Shown: positions 37,518 through 47,025, numbered from the stretch's first letter. The stretch is 54,916 nucleotides of DNA from Flavobacteriales bacterium (GCA_040377305.1 JBEIPA010000034.1:1-54916); one strand, 5' to 3'. Notes: a model not told the origin generated them from the sequence alone. Program-made: numbers and translations.

Positions 37518-38297
37518 ATGAAGAGCTTCATATTCGCAGTAACACTTCTTTTTACCGGAATTTCTGCATTTGCACAACCCAACATGGCATGTTATCGCGA
37601 CACGGCTATGGTTGACGAACAAATCTTCAAGAAAGACACGGTATACGTTGTAAAGCACAACTACCAGCAAGGCGACTGGAACTTGTACTACGACTACGCC
37701 TTAACAAAAATTAAGTCGGAGTCCCACTATACTGATGCGGGTGTGAAAACCGGAATCTGGAAAGAGTACTTCAAAGGTGGTGTTGTTCGTTCTGAGTGGG
37801 ATTACAACAAGCCATTGGTTCCGTTGTTTCCTCCTGGAAAAGAATGGCACAGTAACGGCAAGCTTGCGATTGAACGTACCCAGACGGCAGACACAGTTAC
37901 AGAAACAAAATATTCCGCAGCCGGGAAAATGAGTTCCTTAAAGAAGTGGGACAAAAACGGAATGTGGGTATTGCATCGCGAGTGGTGCGATGGTGGTCAG
38001 CTTACTGCCGATTACAATCCTACTGCGTCAACTCCGCAAGCTGTGAAAAAATATCACTGCAACGGAAATCTGAAAGCGGAATATAACTGGTATGTTTTCG
38101 GATTCACGGGTGTGTACAAAGAGTATCACTCCAATGGGAAAGTTTATATTGAAGGTCAGTACACCGAAAAACCTGCTGATCAGTCGGTATTCATGGCGCG
38201 CAAAACCGGCACGTGGACATTCTACGACGACAAAGGAAAAGTGACTAAGAAAGAAAAGTGGGACAACGGAAAGCTCGTATCCACTGAAAAGCAGTAG
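37518..38297 (+). CDS. Secreted MORN/YwqK-like repeat protein
   Basis: Signal peptide; GIWKEYFKGG, KEYHSNGK, KTGTWTFYDDKG. Confidence 0.78.
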   Translation: MKSFIFAVTLLFTGISAFAQPNMACYRDTAMVDEQIFKKDTVYVVKHNYQQGDWNLYYDYALTKIKSESHYTDAGVKTGIWKEYFKGGVVRSEWDYNKPLVPLFPPGKEWHSNGKLAIERTQTADTVTETKYSAAGKMSSLKKWDKNGMWVLHREWCDGGQLTADYNPTASTPQAVKKYHCNGNLKAEYNWYVFGFTGVYKEYHSNGKVYIEGQYTEKPADQSVFMARKTGTWTFYDDKGKVTKKEKWDNGKLVSTEKQ

Positions 38298-38411
38298 ACC
38301 ATGATGTTGTCGTAAGCAGCATCTATACACTGTGACCGATCCGCTCCCATGCTGTTCCGCTGTAATTAAGATCAAAATCAATTTTCCGTAAATTAGATTT
38401 TGCTTTCACAC

Positions 38412-38798
38412 ATGAAACCCACTGGGCAAGTCTACAAAGTCTACTTCCAGCCGCTTACAGCAACCGTTGTTATGGAATGGAAAGATTACGCTACAAGCGA
38501 ACAGTTCCGTGCGGGCACAGAGCTAATGCTCGAGATTCTGGTTCAGAATAAGTCACACAAGGTGCTTGCCGACATTGAAGACATGACCATCATCGGCATT
38601 GAAGATCAGAAATGGCTGGAGAATAATTTTATGCCACGTGCTATCGGTGCAGGATTCCGTCAACTGGCAATTGTTACACCGAAATCGTATTTCAATAAAG
38701 TTGCTGTTGAAAGTGTTTCGTACAAACTGGCCAGCGATAAGTTCACGATTTCCTTTTTCAGTTCGCGGGAAGAAGCTGAAAAACATCTGAGCACGTGA
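38412..38798 (+). CDS. Small STAS/SEC14 (SpoIIAA-like) domain protein
   Basis: W..YATSEQFR, KVLAD, DQKWL...P.AI.AG...AIV, FFSSREEAEK pattern. Confidence 0.6.
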   Translation: MKPTGQVYKVYFQPLTATVVMEWKDYATSEQFRAGTELMLEILVQNKSHKVLADIEDMTIIGIEDQKWLENNFMPRAIGAGFRQLAIVTPKSYFNKVAVESVSYKLASDKFTISFFSSREEAEKHLST

Positions 38799-39454
38799 TC
38801 CGCATACACATCATACCCGGTTTGTTGCTTCTTGCGCTTATTGTCGCATGCGGAGATGACGGTGAGTCGCAAATGATCGATACAACCACCACGTCTGAGT
38901 TGCGCAAAGATTCAATCGACACACTATATCGATTCGATGGTTATCAAAGAATTATTCTGGAAATAAGGAAGCATGGTCAACTTGTTTCGACACGCGAATT
39001 CAGAATTTCAGAAGAAAAGCGATTTGATTCGAACAGTGCTTTGGAATGGTCACACGAGTATCTACGCGGTAACGAGCAGGAAAATTACAAGTCGTATTAT
39101 CCGAACGGAAAAGTGTCACAAAACCATTACGTCTACTCGCGTGATGCAATGGGGGGCACTCAAGGTGAAAGAATCTATTACGACTCAATCGGCAACCTGG
39201 ACTCTGTGTTGACCAATGTGGACTACATTCCAGAGGGCGCGACTGGTCATCTTGACATTTGCGGAACGGTAACAAGCCGGTACTATGTACACGGAATATT
39301 ACAGCGGGTTACGCGCTACGATATAAAATATGAAGCACTATCCCAGTGTCCATGTGGGAGCTGGGAGTATTACGATAGTACAGGGAAATTACTTCGAACC
39401 GAGAAATACAAAACGTGCGGTGATGGAAAGACCGATTGCGAGTATGTTAATTAA
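38795..39454 (+). CDS. Putative lipoprotein with MORN/YwqK-like motifs
   Basis: LIVAC lipobox; YYPNGK, YYDSIG, GSWEYYDSTGK. Confidence 0.65.
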   Translation: MIRIHIIPGLLLLALIVACGDDGESQMIDTTTTSELRKDSIDTLYRFDGYQRIILEIRKHGQLVSTREFRISEEKRFDSNSALEWSHEYLRGNEQENYKSYYPNGKVSQNHYVYSRDAMGGTQGERIYYDSIGNLDSVLTNVDYIPEGATGHLDICGTVTSRYYVHGILQRVTRYDIKYEALSQCPCGSWEYYDSTGKLLRTEKYKTCGDGKTDCEYVN

Positions 39455-39520
39455 ACACGTCGAAATCGAGACTTTCACTTCACGCCAATAAGAGATTTCC
39501 CAAGGAGGAAATCCAATTCT

Positions 39521-39724
39521 CTAGTCGATTACTCGAACATTCTCTGCCTGCGGACCTTTTGCTCCGTCAACGATGTCGAATGTAACTTTGTCGTCTTTGT
39601 TCAACGTTTTGAATCCGTCGTTCTGAATCGCTGAAAAGTGCACGAAAAGGTGCTTCCCGTCTGCGGTGTCGATAAATCCGTACCCTTTATCAGGGTTAAA
39701 TGATACTACAATTCCTTCTGCCAT
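39521..39724 (-). CDS. Cold-shock domain protein
   Basis: RNP1 KGYGFI, RNP2 [13 protein letters not shown]. Confidence 0.95.
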   Translation of the reverse strand: MAEGIVVSFNPDKGYGFIDTADGKHLFVHFSAIQNDGFKTLNKDDKVTFDIVDGAKGPQAENVRVID

Positions 39725-39898
39725 GTTGTTTAGTTATTCCGTGAAGATCGTGTTTTAAATTCGATAAATGAATGACAATGCTCAGTTCACCCCAAGTTAA
39801 TCTGCCAAATGGTCGGAAAACGGAGACTTGCACGACTTTGGAGATTGTCAATTATCAAAGTTTGATTTTTTACCTTCACCACACTAACAAATCAACTC

Positions 39899-40921
39899 AT
39901 GCACGCCGGTAAGAATTACTCCTTCCGTGAAGTCGTTGTCTGGACCAGACGCGATATCTATTTCCTGACCCTCGCTTCTGCAATTCCAACATTTCTGTAT
40001 GCCTATTTTGACCTGAAGTGGCTTTCGATTCCCTGGCTACCGATTGCATTACTGGGAACTGCTGTGGCATTTGCCGTAGGATTCAGAAACAACGCCTCGT
40101 ACGACCGAATGTGGGAAGCACGAAAAGCCTGGGGTGCAATTGTCAACGCGAGCAGAAGCTGGGGTATGATGGTCAATGACTACGTGACGAATGATCGCAC
40201 AGCTATTTCATTGAGCACGGAGGAAATGAAGTTCGAGAAAATGCGCTTCATGAAACGTCATTTCGCATGGCTCACTGCATTACGTTTTCAGTTACGGGAG
40301 CCGCGCACATGGGAGGCCGTTTACAAAAAGTACAATCAGGAATACAAAAACAAGTGGTTCACGGTGAATGAACATACTGAAAAGCTGGAAAAAACACTTG
40401 AACAATATCTGACTCCGGAAGAATTGAAAACGGTAATGTCAAAGTCGAACAAAGCCGCTCAAATTATCAGTCTGCAATCCAATGCACTTCGCGAATTACA
40501 CAACAAAGGCTTGATCGATAATTTCCGGCATATTGAACTGGAGAAGATGCTGGTCGAATTCCTGAATCAGCAAGGTGTGTCAGAACGAATTAAGAATTTC
40601 CCTTACCCGCGACAATATGCAACGCTGAATATGTACTTCATCAAGATTTTTGTAATTCTTGTTCCATTGGGAATGCTCAAAGAATTCAACGCACTTGGAG
40701 AGAATATGGTTTGGCTTACAATTCCGTTCGGCGCATTATCTACCTGGATATTCACAACCATGGAGAAGATTGGTGAGTCAACTGAAAGCCCTTTCGAAGG
40801 AAGCGCAAATGATGTGCCGATTACTGCGATGAGTCGCGCGATTGAAATTGATTTGCGCGAAATATTCGAGGACCAGGAAATACCTGCTCCGCTTAAGCCT
40901 GAAAATAATATTCTTGTCTAG
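39899..40921 (+). CDS. Bestrophin-family (YneE-like) anion channel
   Basis: GFRNNASYDRMWEARKAWGAIVNASR, ERIKNFPYP, PFEG..NDVP. Confidence 0.9.
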   Translation: MHAGKNYSFREVVVWTRRDIYFLTLASAIPTFLYAYFDLKWLSIPWLPIALLGTAVAFAVGFRNNASYDRMWEARKAWGAIVNASRSWGMMVNDYVTNDRTAISLSTEEMKFEKMRFMKRHFAWLTALRFQLREPRTWEAVYKKYNQEYKNKWFTVNEHTEKLEKTLEQYLTPEELKTVMSKSNKAAQIISLQSNALRELHNKGLIDNFRHIELEKMLVEFLNQQGVSERIKNFPYPRQYATLNMYFIKIFVILVPLGMLKEFNALGENMVWLTIPFGALSTWIFTTMEKIGESTESPFEGSANDVPITAMSRAIEIDLREIFEDQEIPAPLKPENNILV

Positions 40922-40923
40922 CT

Positions 40924-41550
40924 ATGAAAATTGAACAGGTATTTACCAATAATCAGAAGTGGATTCAGGAAAAATTAAATCAGAATCCGAAATACTTCGA
41001 GAATCTTTCCAAAGGTCAGGCGCCGGAATTTTTATACATCGGTTGTTCTGATAGTCGCGTTACTGCCGAGGATATTATGGGCGTACAACCCGGAGAAGTC
41101 TTCGTGCATCGGAACATTGCCAATCTGGTGAACAATACAGATCTCAGCGTGATGTCGGTAATAAACTACGCTGTACGTCATCTCAAAGTTCAGCATGTAG
41201 TTGTTTGCGGACATTATAACTGTGGTGGTGTTAAGGCCGCAATGCAGTCTGCCGATCTTGGAATTCTGAATCCGTGGCTCCGGAATATTCGCGATGTATA
41301 CCGACTTCACAAAACCGAACTGAATGCGATCACCGACGAAAATGTGCGCTACAACCGACTCATCGAACTCAATGTTCAGGAACAGTGCATCAATCTGATT
41401 AAGACAGCAGCCATTCAGCAAGCATACAAAGAACGCGGGCTACTTGTTCACGGTTGGATCTTTGAAGTGGGTACCGGAAAACTGATCGACCTAAAGATTG
41501 ACTTTCCAAAGATTCTGAATGATATAATGGAAATCTACCGATTGGAATAA
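40924..41550 (+). CDS. can: Beta-class carbonic anhydrase
   Basis: IGCSDSRV, FVHRNIAN, CGHYNCGG zinc ligands. Confidence 0.95.
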   Translation: MKIEQVFTNNQKWIQEKLNQNPKYFENLSKGQAPEFLYIGCSDSRVTAEDIMGVQPGEVFVHRNIANLVNNTDLSVMSVINYAVRHLKVQHVVVCGHYNCGGVKAAMQSADLGILNPWLRNIRDVYRLHKTELNAITDENVRYNRLIELNVQEQCINLIKTAAIQQAYKERGLLVHGWIFEVGTGKLIDLKIDFPKILNDIMEIYRLE

Positions 41551-41564
41551 TTGCTACGTGCGAA

Positions 41565-41903
41565 ATGAACCATCAGGATAGCTTTAGTCAACAACAACAA
41601 TCCAGAATTCCGTATTCATTCTGGATATTCATGATCAACGTTGCATTGATCGCAGCAGGTTTCATTGTGAGCTCCATTGCATCTCAAACTCGGGCAAGCA
41701 TCACCTATGCTGTATTGATTAACGTTCCAATGATTTTGGGATTTACACTATTGTCATCCGGAGTGTATGCTGGATGGAATTACAAGGCGTCGGATCTGCG
41801 ACGACACCGACTCAATAAGATAGGACTTTGGGGTAACGGGATTCTTTATGGATTAATTATTATCGGGTTAATTGGCTCATTAGTCTCTAGAGCACTACCG
41901 TAA
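41565..41903 (+). CDS. Small membrane protein (about 3 TM)
   Basis: Three hydrophobic stretches; fills the spacer. Confidence 0.6.
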   Translation: MNHQDSFSQQQQSRIPYSFWIFMINVALIAAGFIVSSIASQTRASITYAVLINVPMILGFTLLSSGVYAGWNYKASDLRRHRLNKIGLWGNGILYGLIIIGLIGSLVSRALP

Positions 41904-41924
41904 ACACTGATAACGTTGCGAATC

Positions 41925-43379
41925 TCACATCTCCGCAATCGCCACCAAAACCTTCTCCAGTTTCTTCTTCATCTCCGTCGGCGTACACGTGTAGTTATTC
42001 GCGAGAATAGAAAAGCAGACATTCCTTCCACTCTTCGTTTTCACATAACCTGCATAACCGCGGGCGCGATTGATGTAACCCGTTTTCGCACGCATATTGT
42101 TCTCCGCACAAGTTCCTTTGCATAGCGAAGACATCGAACCTTCTTTGCCCGCAACCGGAAGTGAAGCATCGAATTCCGCAAACCATGTCATCTTACTGAT
42201 CTTGTAAAGTATCATGGCTTGTTGCTTCGTCGTTACAAGATTAGAGCGCGACAACCCACTGCCATCCATCACATACATTCCACCAACATCAACTCCTTGT
42301 GTTGACCAATAATCGCGCACAACGCTGGTGCCGGCTTCAGTAGTTCCGTCACTACCTTTCAATGCACCCAGAGTACGCAGCAATTGTTCTGCGTAAATAT
42401 TGTCGCTGCGTTTGTTGGTGACTTCAATGATTTCGCTCAACGTAGGTGACGTGAAACTCATCAACGTCTTTCGCACAAATGGTTTTGCATTTCGCTGATC
42501 GTTTCTGTTCCACGATTTTGGTGCGCCACCCACAATGATTCCGCGCCTGATACATGCATTGTACACATCTTCCGCGCATGTCAACGCAGGATCCGGATTC
42601 GATGCTTCTACTTCGTACTCTTTCTTTCCCGCAGGAATACTACCGAAGATCATGTAATTGCTTCCGTTCAGTGAGCCATACACGTACGCTTCGTCTTTCT
42701 TTCCATCGGCAGTAACGAATGTCGTGTATTTGATTCCCTTCGGATACGGTTTCACTTCTGTCAACCGACCCGAATCGCCTTTCATGGAATTGAAATACAG
42801 CACAACCTTATTGTCTTTGTAATCAAGTCCGGAAGTTCCTGCGCCGTAGTATTGACCAAGATCGCCCCAAGTCCAGCCATCAGGAATCGGATTATCGCTG
42901 AAGAAAGTTTTATCTCCGTAAATATTTCCTTCAATGATCTTAATTCCCATTTCCTTCAGCTTCTTGGGAAGACCCGCAAATCCGTTCGTTGTATCGGAAG
43001 GAAAGTGCGACGACTCCAACGTTGGATCTCCCGTTCCGCGTATGTAGATATTACCGTGAATAATTCCCGCGGCAATGTCGTACACTCCATCGTATTCAAT
43101 GAAAGTTGAGAAGCGGTAATCTTTGCCAAGCAAACCCATGGCTGCACCAGTCGTAAGGACTTTCATCGTACTCGCGGGAATCATACTGCGATCAGGATCA
43201 TTCGAAGCAATTACTTTTCCGCTGTCCATGTCAATCACACACAATCCCCAGGAGCCGTGCGTTAACGCTAAGTCTTTGTTGAGTGTGTTGATCTCCGTTT
43301 GCAAACGCGCCGGAACTCCCGCTGCGAAAACAACGAAAGCAAACAGAATGATCAGCGGTATGTGAATTCTGGATTTCAC
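41925..43379 (-). CDS. dacB: D-Ala-D-Ala carboxypeptidase/endopeptidase (PBP4, peptidase S13)
   Basis: PASTMK (SxxK), GDPTL, SDN, DGSGLSR, KTG. Confidence 0.95.
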   Translation of the reverse strand: MKSRIHIPLIILFAFVVFAAGVPARLQTEINTLNKDLALTHGSWGLCVIDMDSGKVIASNDPDRSMIPASTMKVLTTGAAMGLLGKDYRFSTFIEYDGVYDIAAGIIHGNIYIRGTGDPTLESSHFPSDTTNGFAGLPKKLKEMGIKIIEGNIYGDKTFFSDNPIPDGWTWGDLGQYYGAGTSGLDYKDNKVVLYFNSMKGDSGRLTEVKPYPKGIKYTTFVTADGKKDEAYVYGSLNGSNYMIFGSIPAGKKEYEVEASNPDPALTCAEDVYNACIRRGIIVGGAPKSWNRNDQRNAKPFVRKTLMSFTSPTLSEIIEVTNKRSDNIYAEQLLRTLGALKGSDGTTEAGTSVVRDYWSTQGVDVGGMYVMDGSGLSRSNLVTTKQQAMILYKISKMTWFAEFDASLPVAGKEGSMSSLCKGTCAENNMRAKTGYINRARGYAGYVKTKSGRNVCFSILANNYTCTPTEMKKKLEKVLVAIAEM

Positions 43380-43621
43380 TTCTTGTATCGTGCGTATATT
43401 TTTTCAATAGATGCGGCGAGCTTACGATCAAGATCCGTAACTACATCACCGGCATCGTGTGTGTTCAGCTTTATACGGACTGTATTCCAAACATTGTTCC
43501 AATCAGGATGGTGATTCATTCGTTCGGCTTCGAAAGCAACTTCAGCCATGAATGCGAATGCCTGCTTGAAATCAGTGAATTTGAATTCGGCGAATAGATG
43601 GTTGTCTTGCTCAGTAAACAT
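43376..43621 (-). CDS. Pterin-4-alpha-carbinolamine dehydratase
   Basis: F.DFKQAFAFM, NHHPDW, THDAG. Confidence 0.93.
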   Translation of the reverse strand: MFTEQDNHLFAEFKFTDFKQAFAFMAEVAFEAERMNHHPDWNNVWNTVRIKLNTHDAGDVVTDLDRKLAASIEKIYARYKK

Positions 43622-43640
43622 GACCTAATTTACGGAAAAA

Positions 43641-43734
43641 GGAATGGAGATTGAGGGATTAGGGGAATAAGGGATTAGGGGATTCAGGCCAACTTCATGC
43701 CCAAATCCCCTAATCCCTTAATTCCTTAATCCCT
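43641..43734. repeat. Inverted pair of degenerate 8-bp arrays (GGGATTAG / CTAATCCC)
   Basis: gggattag gggaataa gggattag gggatt ... aaatcccc taatccct taattcct taatccct. Confidence 0.8.
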
Positions 43735-43737
43735 GTT

Positions 43738-45171
43738 TTATTGCTTCACAAACGTAGACGAAGTCTTCCCGTCCGCACCCACAATCTCCCAAACGTATGT
43801 TCCCGCCGGAAGTTCGTTCAATTCCATTGTAAAGAATCCAGTCTGACCGCCGTTCACAATTTGCTCCGATTTCACCAGTTTCCCTTGCGCATCATAAATA
43901 CTGAATGTGTTTACACCCGTTGCAATTTCTTCGAGACGAACATTGATGAAACGCGTCGTTGGATTCGGGAATACAGACACAGCAGATGTGTTTGCATCGT
44001 CCATTCCGAGTGGATAGTACGACACGCCGATTTCATCGAGGTAAAGCTCGCTACCCAAATTAATTCCATTGTAGTTTTCAAAATTGCTCGATGCAAATGC
44101 GATTGCCAACGTATCCGGATTCGGGAAACCGTTGTAAGTCATATTCACTTCGAAATAAGTCCACGTCGAAGTTGCAGTCAACCAGATATACTGTTCTTCA
44201 ACCTGCATTGCAGAATCTCCAATCACATCCCAGCGTGTTGACCATCCACCTGCAATTGCCGTGTCGTTTCCAACGGGAGTGTATTTGTAATAGCCTGTAA
44301 TCTTCTGTGGATTCTGGTACACCGCCATTCCACCACCCGGTCCGTTTGGTCCATTGAAGTTTCCATTGGTGATATAACCAATGGTGTCGCCCCATTCAGA
44401 AACGGTGGTTTTGATCTTACAATCGTACAAGCCCATGTAAGCTCCGTTGTCTGGAGTAACGGAATAATTTCCATCATAAATGTTCGCGAAGTTCAATGTT
44501 GTCCAGCCAATCGGTTCCACTACCATAGCTGATTGCCACACTTCGAAGTATGGGTTCGTCAATTGCTGAGTTGCATTGATGAGTTGAATGTTGTCGATCT
44601 CCAGCAAGCTTCCGGGAATTCCAACAGTTTCGTTGAAAAGATCATTCGTCGTGATTATGCAGCAAATCGAATCAGGGTTCATTGGCCCAAAATAACTGAA
44701 AGGAGTACTGATTCGCACCCAACCACCACTAGTGCCGCTTAGGTTGCGTATTGCGTACCCTAAAATGTTGTTCATGAATTCAACACCAACAAGCACACTG
44801 CCGGAATCGTTCGGCATAAACGCATAATTCGCATAGAACACCAATGAATCCGGACGCTCATTATACGGAGAGCCGTTCGTGAATCCATTTATATCAGGAA
44901 TACCGTGAAACATGGCGCCGTAAATGGTGTCAGTACCATTCGACACGGTTTCAAGGTGTGCAGCACTTAGGCCTTGCACCGGACTTGGAACAGAGTATAC
45001 GTTCCCCGTTCCAACCGTATAATAAGATTGGAGGCTTGTTGCAACGTAAGGTGCACAATCCATGTACAAGGTTTGACCGGTCCAGTTTTCAAATCCACCA
45101 TTCTGAGGCTGTTGAGCCACTGCGGAAATTGAAATGCACGAAATTGCTAAGAGAGTAAACGTTCTTTTCAT
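43738..45171 (-). CDS. T9SS type-A cargo protein with two carbohydrate-binding-like (PCMD-like) domains
   Basis: Duplicated N.GFE.W...GS.L.ID architecture; VFPNP C-terminal domain. Confidence 0.8.
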   Translation of the reverse strand: MKRTFTLLAISCISISAVAQQPQNGGFENWTGQTLYMDCAPYVATSLQSYYTVGTGNVYSVPSPVQGLSAAHLETVSNGTDTIYGAMFHGIPDINGFTNGSPYNERPDSLVFYANYAFMPNDSGSVLVGVEFMNNILGYAIRNLSGTSGGWVRISTPFSYFGPMNPDSICCIITTNDLFNETVGIPGSLLEIDNIQLINATQQLTNPYFEVWQSAMVVEPIGWTTLNFANIYDGNYSVTPDNGAYMGLYDCKIKTTVSEWGDTIGYITNGNFNGPNGPGGGMAVYQNPQKITGYYKYTPVGNDTAIAGGWSTRWDVIGDSAMQVEEQYIWLTATSTWTYFEVNMTYNGFPNPDTLAIAFASSNFENYNGINLGSELYLDEIGVSYYPLGMDDANTSAVSVFPNPTTRFINVRLEEIATGVNTFSIYDAQGKLVKSEQIVNGGQTGFFTMELNELPAGTYVWEIVGADGKTSSTFVKQ

Positions 45172-45242
45172 AGAGTTGATTTTGTAAAGCGAAGATAGAA
45201 ATTTGCGTTCCTAATTAGACTAAGCCTGAAACCAAAAGTTTA

Positions 45243-45268
45243 ACCACGAAGTGCACGAAGACACAAAG
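45243..45268. repeat. Single arm of the CACGAAG palindrome family
   Basis: accacgaagtgcacgaagacacaaag. Confidence 0.7.
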
Positions 45269-45337
45269 TTTTGGACAGTTTGTTCAGAGTAGAACCGTGA
45301 TCTGAACTTACTAACGTTGAACTAGTAGTCTGGAAAC

Positions 45338-46393
45338 TTAGTTCTTCTTTCTGTAGAATTCCGAAAGAGTCGCGGTGAGTGTAAACGTATTCGTTCCGCC
45401 TGCGATGTGATAGCGCGCGTGTGCGTAGCTGAAATGGAATTTGTAAACACGGAACCCCACTCCGAATGAGAATCCGGTCATGCCACGACGTGTATCAACG
45501 AGCATTTCTTTGCGACGCTGATAATTGTAACCCAGGCGGATTGAAAATGCTTTACCGATGAGAATTTCTCCTCCGAAAACCATGTGACGTGCGAGTTTAT
45601 CGCCGAAGGTTTTGAATTTGCTGACTTTGATTGAATCGCCTGTGAGCGGATCAACGAGTTGTGGCGGATTATTCGGATCTGTGTAGGTCAAATCCCATTG
45701 CTGTAAATGCTGCAGTCCCAATGAAAAGCGGAACGGCATGTGTTCCGGCTTGAACGAGAATCCTGACTCAATTTCAAAAGGAAGTTTCTCGTCATTGCCT
45801 GCTGTGTATTGCTTCATCACAAAACCAATGTTGCGAATGAGGAAGCTAACGGAGAAATTTTTTGCTGGCAAATTGTAATTCAATCCGAGATCCATGGCCA
45901 GTGCATTTGCATTCCACAAATACATGTTCGACTGCATGAATTTCAGATTCGCACCCACGCTGAAGTTGCTGTCAATCTGACGACCGTAGCCGAGATTGAT
46001 TCCGTATTCACCGGCAGTAAATTCTCCCAGAATATTTCCAGACTCATCGGTCTCGCGGAACGTTCCATAGTCAATACGCGTTGCAAAAACAGAAAATGTG
46101 CTTTTGCTATCGAAGCTCCAAGCTCCACCTGCATAACCGTATTTAATGTCGGAGAAATAATCCGCAAAACTGATTGCCAGCTGGCTCGTCATTTCCGGAC
46201 GAAGCAAAGCCGGATTCCAGATCGCTAGGTTCAGATCATTGTCGTTGATGCCACACGATTTTCCGCCCAAGGCAGCCATACGTGCCGACATGGGTAGATC
46301 AAGAGAAACAAAAATAGAAGATCCTCCAATCTGCGCCGAAAGGCCAGAAAAAGTCAGGAAAACGATAGCAATCGAAAGAAGTCGTCTCTTCAT
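45338..46393 (-). CDS. porQ: Type IX secretion system protein PorQ
   Basis: SARMAALGG, NPALL, DYGTF..TDE.G...G.F, HMPFRFS, LGYNYQRR; downstream of lon. Confidence 0.88.
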   Translation of the reverse strand: MKRRLLSIAIVFLTFSGLSAQIGGSSIFVSLDLPMSARMAALGGKSCGINDNDLNLAIWNPALLRPEMTSQLAISFADYFSDIKYGYAGGAWSFDSKSTFSVFATRIDYGTFRETDESGNILGEFTAGEYGINLGYGRQIDSNFSVGANLKFMQSNMYLWNANALAMDLGLNYNLPAKNFSVSFLIRNIGFVMKQYTAGNDEKLPFEIESGFSFKPEHMPFRFSLGLQHLQQWDLTYTDPNNPPQLVDPLTGDSIKVSKFKTFGDKLARHMVFGGEILIGKAFSIRLGYNYQRRKEMLVDTRRGMTGFSFGVGFRVYKFHFSYAHARYHIAGGTNTFTLTATLSEFYRKKN

Positions 46394-46507
46394 GGTGTGC
46401 GTTCCAAAGATAGTGTAGACCGCTTAAAAACGAAGGGAAAAGGGAAATATTGTGCTCCGGAGGAGACTTCGGTCAAGTGGCAGTTGCAGTCAGTTTTCAG
46501 GTCACAT

Positions 46508-46592
46508 TCGGGAGCAAACGCTTACAAATGTTTACAAACGACTACAAACGTTTACAAATACTTACAATCGACTATAAACGTTTGTCTCCCGA
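46508..46592. repeat. 7 x 10-bp tandem array clamped by TCGGGAG/CTCCCGA
   Basis: caaacgctta caaatgttta caaacgacta caaacgttta caaatactta caatcgacta taaacgtttg (46515-46584). Confidence 0.88.
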
Positions 46593-46624
46593 CTATTCCA
46601 ATTAACGTGAGATATGTTTGCTGC

Positions 46625-47017
46625 ATGGAAAATAAATACAATGGCTATGAGAGTCTGATGGCATATCAGAAGGCCTGGAAACTAGCAAACGAACTTTATG
46701 CGCTCTCCAAATCGTTCCCCGAAGAAGAAAAGTACTCGCTTACCGATCAGGTCCGACGATCATCGAGATCTGTTTGCACCAATATTGGTGAAGGCTATCG
46801 GAAACGTCGGTATCCAAAACATTTTGTCAGTAAAATGAGTGACGCAGACGGAGAAATGACCGAAACACAAATATGGATCAACTTCGCGTTTGAATGCAAA
46901 TACATCAATGTAACGAAGTACAACGATTTGAGCGACCAAGCTGCACAAGCCGGTAAACTCATCGGATTTATGATCGACAATCCTGGAAAATTCGGATGTC
47001 CTCCAGAGAAAGATTAG
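46625..47017 (+). CDS. Four helix bundle protein (23S rRNA intervening-sequence protein / bAvd-like family)
   Basis: L.AYQKA, FPEEEKYSLTDQVRRSSRSVCTNIGEG, E..ETQ.W..FA..C.YI; start trimmed to ATG 46625. Confidence 0.93.
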   Translation: MENKYNGYESLMAYQKAWKLANELYALSKSFPEEEKYSLTDQVRRSSRSVCTNIGEGYRKRRYPKHFVSKMSDADGEMTETQIWINFAFECKYINVTKYNDLSDQAAQAGKLIGFMIDNPGKFGCPPEKD

Positions 47018-47025
47018 GTAATATC

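Noticed and set aside
37518-39454. Toxin-antitoxin system suggested by YwqK-like repeats
   Set aside because: Both proteins are exported MORN-like repeat proteins and no adjacent toxin is recognisable.
46515-46584. CRISPR array (also considered for 18427-18472 and 31166-31568)
   Set aside because: Units are contiguous with no unique spacers, lengths are outside the CRISPR repeat range, and no cas genes are present.
46397-46624. N-terminal extension of the 206-aa ORF
   Set aside because: It is read-through of the repeat arrays (YKCLQTTTNVYKYLQ); family similarity and a promoter box point to ATG 46625.
46625-47017. Diversity-generating retroelement suggested by the Avd-like fold
   Set aside because: No reverse transcriptase in the window, and differences between the 188-bp copies involve all bases rather than only adenines; I saw no TR/VR pair.
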